This document shows, piece after piece, positions 37,601 through 43,101 of a DNA stretch of 43,101 nucleotides. The stretch comes from an uncultured Bacilli bacterium. Its GTDB lineage: Bacteria; Bacillota_I; Bacilli_A; RF39; UBA660. Every line of letters begins with the position of its first letter. The first letter of the stretch is position 1. The translations under genes and the position numbers were made by a program. Location of the stretch: the NCBI GenBank assembly GCA_944363885.1, contig CALVVO010000004.1, positions 1 to 43,101 on the forward strand. Reading direction: 5' to 3'. Below the pieces are notes generated by a model. It had not been told where the DNA came from. It worked only from the letters and a program-made list of their open reading frames with translations, and did no database searches.

Positions 37601-37850
37601 TGAAATAATAATTTCAATGAATACTAATCAGAAATTCTCTATTAGATTAAATGAAAATATATATAAAAAATTAAATATTGAAGATTTGTTTATTCAAGCT
37701 TCTAGAATTAATACAAAATTTAACTTTATTTATCGTGGTAATTCAATATTTATTGAATTAAATAAAATTAATTTGGAAAAACATTATGTTTTTTATGTTA
37801 CTAAATTGTTAATTTATATTGATGAACAAATAAATAAAACCTCAATTTGA
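34698..37850 (+). CDS. mfd: Transcription-repair coupling factor
   Basis: CarD-like GDYVVH..HGIG, GDVGYGKT, DEEH, SATPIPR, QIRGRVGR, DLSIRGAG. Confidence 0.96.
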   Translation: MKNAIYKSIFNFNIENGIKLSVSNNEIYSQLILYIFFSVQSDLIILVPTLNDANKLFNNLKSYISNVYIFPEDDYLTKKAIAASTDLLFMRMSFLNSIDNCDKKILICHVNSFIKKLPAKSEYLSKSIKLNNGQIIDRNEFLKKLDSIGYKKESLVTNVGEYAVRGFVIDVYPFQEDHPVRIDFFDNEISNISFFDEYSQRTIKDNESILIKPLIDNFNDNASSVIEYLNSPYIVLQDYNQCQNIMKNIVDQIKYYDNDFSEIFFLNDMELNKKINVDLIDNTGKYDYIFAAKSIVNCKNDFDCFLNLVKNDSTYLCTTNANFIKKVKKSYDKVKIINFDLNSGFIYNDVTYLSDNDLVEKREKDTFYNYKFGKKINDIEKLNIGDYVVHKSHGIGIYMGISTITKNSVKKDYILIQYKGNDRLYLSIDNIDKLYKYSSREGVKPKINKLNSIEWQKTKIKIKNKIRDISNELIEIYKKRSQIKVPPFLRDDPLQLVFESEFPYEFTEDQEKSTEQIKKDLESGKPMERLLCGDVGYGKTEVIFRVIFKTVLNNKQAMYLCPTTLLSLQQYKSALERFKNFSVNTALLNRHTSIKEAKEIIEKLKTGKIDVIFGTHRLLSEDVKFKDLGLLVVDEEHRFGVMHKEKIKKIKENVHVLSVSATPIPRSLQMSLIGIRDLSLIETPPKNRYPVQTYVIAYDKYVVREIILKEYNRQGQVFILYNNIVNMDKVLYEFRKLVPEVKFASAHGKMNKVEINSIMSDFVEKKFDVLLSTTIIENGIDIPNANTVIVIDADKYGLSQLYQIRGRVGRGDRIAYAYLMYDKNKVLNENAQKRLEAIKEFTELGSGYKLAMRDLSIRGAGDLLGSEQAGFIDSVGVDMYLELVNEEINNKEEEKNDIILDDVETHIDKTYSDEEDVILSIHKEITSIENMRDLEKVHDEILDRFGYIDEKLEIYMYQELLEKLVNKYEIIISMNTNQKFSIRLNENIYKKLNIEDLFIQASRINTKFNFIYRGNSIFIELNKINLEKHYVFYVTKLLIYIDEQINKTSI

Positions 37851-37860
37851 GGTTTTATTT
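37832..37860. terminator. Bidirectional terminator covering the mfd and ppa stop codons
   Basis: AAATAAAACCTCA-ATT-TGAGGTTTTATTT. Confidence 0.75.
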
Positions 37861-38340
37861 TGTGTCTTTGAATCTTTTTTTACATTCTTCTATTAATTTG
37901 ATGGCTGCTTTTTTATCATGAAAATCTTTAGTTTCAACTTTTATATTTTGTAGAGTTTTGTAATTCTGAAAGAAATCTTTTATTTCGTCTTTTAAATGAT
38001 TGATGTCATCTATTTCTTGAATATGTTTAAAACGTGGGTCTTTATCTACAACTGCAATTATTTTTTCATCGTGTTGCTCATTATCAATTACACTTAAATA
38101 TCCCAATATTCTCGCATCGACTACACATCCGGGAAATGTTGGATACGAACTAATTATCAATATATCAAGTGGATCTCCATCAAGTGATAATGTGTCTTCA
38201 ATAAAACCATATTCTCCTGGATAAGTTAAGGCACTATATAAAACTCTGTCCAATTTTATTTTGCCAGTTTTTTTATTTATTTCAAATTTGTTTTTAGTTC
38301 CCATTGGGATTTCAATTATACTTTCATAAACAGAATTCAT
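37855..38340 (-). CDS. ppa: Family I inorganic pyrophosphatase
   Basis: IEIP, KFE, LDR, YG, DGDPLD, DEK, FFQNYK; promoter TTGACT-N17-TATACT (38359-87). Confidence 0.94.
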   Translation of the reverse strand: MNSVYESIIEIPMGTKNKFEINKKTGKIKLDRVLYSALTYPGEYGFIEDTLSLDGDPLDILIISSYPTFPGCVVDARILGYLSVIDNEQHDEKIIAVVDKDPRFKHIQEIDDINHLKDEIKDFFQNYKTLQNIKVETKDFHDKKAAIKLIEECKKRFKDTK

Positions 38341-38440
38341 TTTTATTCACCTATTCTGAGTATATTTTATATGTCTTTTAAAGTCAATAAAGTCTGTATA
38401 ATATTTGTCATAATTAGTAAACTAATTAATGAGGTGTATT

Positions 38441-38962
38441 ATGGTAAATACGGGATTAGTTAGAAAAATTGATGAATTAGGTAGAATAGTTATTCCTAAA
38501 GAGATTAGAAGAAATTTAACAATAAAAGATGGAGAAGAAATGGAAATATATATAGATGGAAATAGTATAATTTTGAAAAAATTTCAGCGACTTTTAACTT
38601 TTAAAGAATTGGTTAGAGAATATGTAAATATATTTAATAAAATAATTCCTATATCTTTGTTGATTACCGATAGAGAAAATATAATTTTGGTCAATAAAAA
38701 TGAGTATAAAGATATAGAACATAAAAAATTAAGTTCAAATTTGAGCAAAATATTTGATGAAAGGAAAGATGGTATAGGTTTAAATCTAAATATATCTGAA
38801 AATATTGTAATAAAGGGAAACTATTACATAAAGCCAATAATTTTAAATACCGATTTAATAGGTTCAATTATTTGTGTTTCAGGTAATGAAATTAATAAAC
38901 AAGAAAAATTGGTAGTTGATTTAATTGGTGCTTTACTCAAAGATAGATTGGAAACTGACTAG
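38441..38962 (+). CDS. spoVT: Forespore transcription regulator SpoVT (AbrB domain + GAF)
   Basis: TGLVRKIDELGRIVIPKEIRR, ITDRE, PII..DLIG; start ATG 38441 behind GAGGTG; near mfd as in Bacillus. Confidence 0.85.
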   Translation: MVNTGLVRKIDELGRIVIPKEIRRNLTIKDGEEMEIYIDGNSIILKKFQRLLTFKELVREYVNIFNKIIPISLLITDRENIILVNKNEYKDIEHKKLSSNLSKIFDERKDGIGLNLNISENIVIKGNYYIKPIILNTDLIGSIICVSGNEINKQEKLVVDLIGALLKDRLETD

Positions 38963-39057
38963 ACAATTTTTTTTATTTAATATATACTTTGATTAGGTTA
39001 AGTATATATATTACATGATTTATATTGCTTAATTCGTGTTTTTTAATGGAGGAAAGT

Positions 39058-39534
39058 ATGAGAAAATTTGAAAAAATTAGTTATGATCAATTTAAAAAAG
39101 ATGTGGTTGATGACATGAACATATATAATGCTTATAAATTGCCAATTAGAAAGACAAAAAATAGTGCTGGCTACGATTTTTTTTTAATCAATGATATTGT
39201 TTTAAAACCGAACGAAGTGTTAAAAATCCCTACAGGTTTAAAAGTAATTATGAACGAAGACGAAATGCTTATGATTATAGTAAGAAGCGGTGTTGGCTTT
39301 AAATATAATTTAAGATTGACAAATCAAGTTGGTATTATTGAAAGTGATTATTATAATAATATAAGTAATGAAGGTCATATGTGGATCTCTGTTCAAAATC
39401 ATGGCGATAAAGAATTAAAATTTGAAAAAGGAAATTCGTTGTGTCAAGGAATATTTGTCAAGTTCTTGGCCGTTGATAATGAGGAATTTGTCGATACTAA
39501 GAGAACTGGTGGCATAGGAAGTACTGGCAAATGA
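39058..39534 (+). CDS. dut: Trimeric dUTPase
   Basis: SAGYDF, IPTG, RSG, GIIESDY, RTGGIGSTG; start ATG 39058 behind GGAGG; promoter TAGACA-N17-TATACT (38960-88). Confidence 0.93.
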   Translation: MRKFEKISYDQFKKDVVDDMNIYNAYKLPIRKTKNSAGYDFFLINDIVLKPNEVLKIPTGLKVIMNEDEMLMIIVRSGVGFKYNLRLTNQVGIIESDYYNNISNEGHMWISVQNHGDKELKFEKGNSLCQGIFVKFLAVDNEEFVDTKRTGGIGSTGK

Positions 39535-39546
39535 TTTACATATATA

Positions 39547-39627
39547 TTGTAGATTTATGTAAAAAAATGTAAAAGAATGAAAAACATTGTCTTTTTGGTT
39601 GAAATCTTTTAAATAAATTGTTATATT
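39547..39627 (+). promoter_or_regulatory. 10-bp-phased direct repeats followed by a sigmaA promoter
   Basis: TTGTAGATTT ATGTAAAAAA ATGTAAAAGA ATGAAAAACA; TTGAAA(39599)-N17-TATATT(39622) with TGn. Confidence 0.5.
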
Positions 39628-39634
39628 TGCTTTG

Positions 39635-39814
39635 ATGCTTATGAAGATAATAAAATATTGTAGAAGTAATAAGAAGAGAATTTTATCAGTTTTAGTAGTG
39701 GATGTGTTCATTTTTATGATGTTATTTAGTAAAGAACAAATTCATTTATATAGTATAATATTTGCAGTATTATCTGTATATTATAGTTATTTATGGATTA
39801 AATATGAAATGTAA
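39635..39814 (+). CDS. Small 2-TM membrane protein, probably leaderless
   Basis: Basic N-terminus plus two hydrophobic segments; fills the gap before tatD; ATG 7 nt after the -10; no SD. Confidence 0.5.
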   Translation: MLMKIIKYCRSNKKRILSVLVVDVFIFMMLFSKEQIHLYSIIFAVLSVYYSYLWIKYEM

Positions 39815-39826
39815 AGAGGTTTTAGT

Positions 39827-40579
39827 ATGTATGTGGACTCACATGCTCATGTAAATTTTGAAATATATGAAAATGTAGAAGATATTTTGAAAGAAGCTTG
39901 CAAATGTAATGTTCAAAATATTGTTAATTGCGCTGAAGATTTGAAAACAAGTTATGAAGTTATCAATTTACATAATACATATCCTAATTTATATCCTGCA
40001 GTAGGAATACATCCACAAAATGTTGATGTTTGTACCACTGATGACATTATTGAATTAGAGAAAATTTTATGTAGTGAAAACGTAATTGCTTTAGGAGAGA
40101 TTGGCTTGGATTTTTATTATTCTAGAGAAAATAGGAAAAAGCAAATTCTTTTTTTTGAATCACAATTAAAACTAGCTGAGAAGTATAATTTGCCTGTTAT
40201 AATACACTCCCGTAACGCCACTGATGACGTTCTTAAAATATTAAAAAAATACAGCCTTAAAGGAGTTATTCATTGTTTTAGTGGCAGTATTGAAACGGCT
40301 AGAGAATTTATTAAATTAGGGTATTTTTTAGGAGTTGGGGGGATTTTAACATTTAAAAATTCTAAACTTGGTGAAGTAATGAAAAATATTCCTATTGAAT
40401 ATATTTTATTGGAAACGGATTCACCATTTTTAACTCCGGAACCATATAGAAAATATAAAAATGAACCTAAATACATTCCTGTTATTGCTGAAAAATTAGC
40501 TTTGCTAAAAGAAATTAAAGTAAAAGATGTGATGGAAATTACAACAGAGAATGCAAACCGTATTTTTGACTTTTCTTAG
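39827..40579 (+). CDS. tatD: TatD-family nuclease
   Basis: DSHAH, GIHP, GEIGLD, IHSR, HCF, ETDSP. Confidence 0.95.
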   Translation: MYVDSHAHVNFEIYENVEDILKEACKCNVQNIVNCAEDLKTSYEVINLHNTYPNLYPAVGIHPQNVDVCTTDDIIELEKILCSENVIALGEIGLDFYYSRENRKKQILFFESQLKLAEKYNLPVIIHSRNATDDVLKILKKYSLKGVIHCFSGSIETAREFIKLGYFLGVGGILTFKNSKLGEVMKNIPIEYILLETDSPFLTPEPYRKYKNEPKYIPVIAEKLALLKEIKVKDVMEITTENANRIFDFS

Positions 40580-40617
40580 GTTTAATAGTATAATTAAATT
40601 TACCGAGAGGTGTATAA

Positions 40618-41166
40618 ATGAAAATATATAAGCCTAAAAAATGGTTGGTTGTTGTACGTGTTATTACTTTATTTTCTTTGATGTTGTTATTAGGAACAAC
40701 AGTTTTAGACACGTCTTATAGCGTAAATATAAATAATGTTAATTTAAATAAATCGTTGGAAGTTGCTGTTATGGAAGAAAATCATGAGAATTTATATGTT
40801 GCTGAATTATATGATGCTGAAGCAACTTTTACTGGAGATTTGACTGCATATGTTGGTGATTGCCCTTTATGTTCTGGTATATTAGCTTGTCATCCTAGGA
40901 CAAATGTTTTAGAAAGTGGGATATATTTTAATGATTCTGAGTATGGACAAGTTAGAATTGTTGCTACAAGTAGTAAGTATTCTTGTGGCACAATTTTAAG
41001 GTTTAATGTGGATAAAATTGGGGAAGAACCAATTATTGCAATTGCTATGGATAGGGGCGTTGGCGGTAATAATGTAGATTTATTAGTGGATGATGTTAAT
41101 TATGCAACAAGAAATATAGGTAGAGTTAAAGATCAAACTTTTGAAGTTTTAAGGTATGGCTGGTAG
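40618..41166 (+). CDS. Membrane-anchored 3D/MltA-like cell-wall protein (yabE position)
   Basis: N-terminal TM; LTAY..DC..CSG, RIVA, AIAMDRG, NNVDLL; promoter TTGACT-N17-TATAAT (40566-94). Confidence 0.65.
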   Translation: MKIYKPKKWLVVVRVITLFSLMLLLGTTVLDTSYSVNINNVNLNKSLEVAVMEENHENLYVAELYDAEATFTGDLTAYVGDCPLCSGILACHPRTNVLESGIYFNDSEYGQVRIVATSSKYSCGTILRFNVDKIGEEPIIAIAMDRGVGGNNVDLLVDDVNYATRNIGRVKDQTFEVLRYGW

Positions 41167-41962
41167 AATGAATGACTTTAAATATAAGAAAAGTTTGGGC
41201 CAAAATTTTTTGAATGATAAAAATATTTTAGGTAAAATTGTTTTATCGTCTAATATTTTTCCCAATTCGTTAATTATAGAAGTTGGGCCAGGAAATGGTG
41301 CATTAACAAAAGAACTTATTAAAACAGGAAATTATGTATTAGCTTTTGAAATAGATGATAGATTAAGAGGCTCACTAGAATTATTGGAAAAAGACAATGA
41401 AAATTTAAGAGTTGTCTTTGCTGATTTTTTAAAGGTGAATGTCAATGATTATATAAATAATTATAAATTTGATAAATTATATGTAATTGCAAATATTCCT
41501 TACTATATAACTACGCCTATTGTGACTAAAATTATAGATGTAATAAATCCGGATGTTTTTACAATAATGGTTCAAAAAGAGGTAGGAAATAGATTGATGG
41601 CGAGTCCAAATACTAGGGATTATGGTTCATTAAGTGTTTATTCGCAGTTTAAATATGATATAACTAAAATTTGTGACGTAAGTAGAAATTCTTTTTTTCC
41701 TAAACCTGATGTTGATAGTATTGTTTTAAAGTTTGAAAAAAAATTAGATACTAGTGAGTTTACTAATATGGAGTTGTTTTTTGAATTTGTTAGGGCGGCC
41801 TTTAAGCATAAAAGGAAAAATTTGAAAAATAATTTGTGTAAATATGATTTAAACAGAATAGAAGAATACTTAAAAACAATTGGTAAAGATTTGACTTATA
41901 GAGCTGAACAGATAAGCATTGATGAATTTATAAATTTATATAAATATTTAACAATTGAATAA
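41156..41962 (+). CDS. rsmA: 16S rRNA dimethyladenosine transferase
   Basis: KKSLGQNFL, EVGPG.GALT, ANIPYYIT, MVQKEV, PKPDVDS. Confidence 0.97.
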   Translation: MAGRMNDFKYKKSLGQNFLNDKNILGKIVLSSNIFPNSLIIEVGPGNGALTKELIKTGNYVLAFEIDDRLRGSLELLEKDNENLRVVFADFLKVNVNDYINNYKFDKLYVIANIPYYITTPIVTKIIDVINPDVFTIMVQKEVGNRLMASPNTRDYGSLSVYSQFKYDITKICDVSRNSFFPKPDVDSIVLKFEKKLDTSEFTNMELFFEFVRAAFKHKRKNLKNNLCKYDLNRIEEYLKTIGKDLTYRAEQISIDEFINLYKYLTIE

Positions 41963-41986
41963 TAGTGAATACTATTGTTTTTTTTT
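41961..41986 (+). terminator. Weak terminator after rsmA
   Basis: AATAGT-GAAT-ACTATT followed by G and T9. Confidence 0.45.
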
Positions 41987-42008
41987 AATATACTTAATTA
42001 GGTGATTT

Positions 42009-42779
42009 ATGATAAATGTTGGTGATTATGTAACTAGGAGAAGTTATAATCATGATATAGTTTTTCTAGTTATAGATAAAATTGACAAAAATTGCATTTT
42101 GCAAGGTGTGGATGTAAGACTTATTGCAGATGCTGATGAAAGTGATTTGGTTTTAAGTGATAAAAGGGAAAGTAGTGAAGAAGATTTATATAAGTGTATT
42201 AAAGAAATTGAATTAGATAGGAGTGAATATTTTTATTTGCCTGGAAAAGTCCTTCATTTAGATGGTGATGATTCTTATTTAAAAAGGTGTATGGACTTTT
42301 ATAAAAAAGCGAATGTAACCGCTTATGGAAAATCAATTAAGGAATCGGAAATGTATAAAGATGTTGGAAAATATCTTGGTAGTGTAAATCCTGACGTTTT
42401 AATAATAACTGGCCATGATGCAATTTTAAAAAAAAGGGTTTCAGATAAGAATTTATATAAAAATAGTGAAAATTTTATAAAATGTGTAAAAGAAGCTAGG
42501 AAAATTAAAGGTGATAATCTAATTATAATTGCTGGAGCATGTCAAAGTAATTACGAAGAACTTATTAAAGCAGGTGCAACCTTTGCTTCTAGTCCTAAAA
42601 GAATTAATATTCATGCGTTAGATCCTGCGATAATAGCTACTAATATTTGCTTAACAGAAAAGGGAAAGCCAATAGATTTATTGAACCTTTTGGAGAAGAC
42701 AAAGTATGGTAAAGATGGGATTGGTGGTTTAAAAACAAAAGGTGTTATGAATGTTGGATATCCTAGAAATGAGGTTTAA
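42009..42779 (+). CDS. yabG: Sporulation peptidase YabG
   Basis: GKVLHLDGD, ITGHD, AGACQS, FASSP.RINIHALDP. Confidence 0.94.
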   Translation: MINVGDYVTRRSYNHDIVFLVIDKIDKNCILQGVDVRLIADADESDLVLSDKRESSEEDLYKCIKEIELDRSEYFYLPGKVLHLDGDDSYLKRCMDFYKKANVTAYGKSIKESEMYKDVGKYLGSVNPDVLIITGHDAILKKRVSDKNLYKNSENFIKCVKEARKIKGDNLIIIAGACQSNYEELIKAGATFASSPKRINIHALDPAIIATNICLTEKGKPIDLLNLLEKTKYGKDGIGGLKTKGVMNVGYPRNEV

Positions 42780-42989
42780 ATGAATATAGAAAAAGTAAAA
42801 TTAAATATTTCTAAATTAAAAGGGAAAAAAATAATTTTAAAAATTAATATTGGACGTAATAGGTATGAAAGTGTTATTGGTGTCGTTCAAGATATATATC
42901 CATATTTATTTACTTTAAGGTCGGGCGAAGATTTAAAAACTTTTTCTTATGTTGATGTTTTGACTAGGAATGTCATAATAGTAAACTAA
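42780..42989 (+). CDS. veg: Veg-family protein
   Basis: N.GR......G.....YP..F, FSY.DVLT; follows yabG. Confidence 0.88.
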   Translation: MNIEKVKLNISKLKGKKIILKINIGRNRYESVIGVVQDIYPYLFTLRSGEDLKTFSYVDVLTRNVIIVN

Positions 42990-43042
42990 ATATTGGTGCA
43001 ATAAGTAAGGCTTGATTTTACTTTTATCTTTTCTTTGACAGC

Positions 43043-43085
43043 AAAATTGAGCAAAGCTAGGTACATACTGAGTTTGCTCAATTTT
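43043..43085 (+). terminator. Hairpin after veg
   Basis: AAAATTGAGCAAA ... TTTGCTCAATTTT plus T-rich tail. Confidence 0.6.
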
Positions 43086-43101
43086 TATTTGTTGTGTAAT
43101 G

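Noticed and set aside
38124-38137. CCGGGAAAT in ppa (and similar at ~1195, ~10341, ~22400) as NBS
   Set aside because: Half-site matches only, explained by Pro-Gly codons.
917-40476. Many antisense or overlapping ORFs in the track (e.g. 1355-1810, 5434-5868, 10767-11330, 20258-20632, 26151-26558, 30771-31034, 36224-36622, 39415-39711)
   Set aside because: They lie opposite well-supported genes, have I/F/S/L-rich shadow composition, and show no motifs or SD.
4096-42008. Sporulation sigma-factor promoters upstream of spoIIR, pbp, bofA, spoVT and yabG
   Set aside because: Only partial matches (best: GTATA-N17-TAAACTA at 38396-38424 before spoVT); too degenerate to call in AT-rich DNA.
1-43101. 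Mollicute genetic code 4; tRNA or rRNA genes
   Set aside because: recF, dnaX, mfd and dut end at TGA at expected lengths and Trp is TGG; intergenic gaps show no tRNA or rRNA signatures.

Overview
Chromosomal replication-origin region of a very AT-rich, genome-streamlined, walled and probably spore-forming member of the Bacilli. It uses genetic code 11 (TGA = stop); an uncultured RF39/Erysipelotrichales-like lineage is my inference, not a sequence-proven assignment. Gene orientation flips at rpmH/dnaA. Left arm (mostly minus strand): rpmH (missing from the ORF track)-[IS200]-rnpA-yidC-jag-[B12 radical SAM]-mnmE-mnmG-rsmG-noc, a convergent PbpG-like class A PBP, then rpoE-prfA-prmC-spoIIR-mntP-fba-murA-SGNH. 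Right arm: dnaA-dnaN-[comK]-recF-gyrB-gyrA-3x parS-SRP RNA-tadA-dnaX-ybaB-recR-bofA-holB-ricT-yabB-rsmI-pth-mfd-[ppa]-spoVT-dut-small membrane ORF-tatD-3D-like protein-rsmA-yabG-veg. Most notable: (1) a Noc with Noc-type DNA-specificity residues but no N-terminal amphipathic helix and a ~180-aa disordered insert, plus two Noc-binding-site matches; (2) comK in place of yaaA between dnaN and recF behind three phased Spo0A-like boxes; (3) a parS triplet that doubles as the gyrA terminator and abuts the SRP RNA promoter, with no soj/spo0J in the window; (4) a B12 radical SAM gene inserted in the jag-mnmE block; (5) an IS200 with RBS-sequestering and 5'-3' pairing elements splitting rpmH from rnpA; (6) a shifted DnaA box TTAT(C/T)AACA, including a pair inside dnaA; (7) an SGNH pseudo-enzyme. 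All calls are by eye; no database searches were run.
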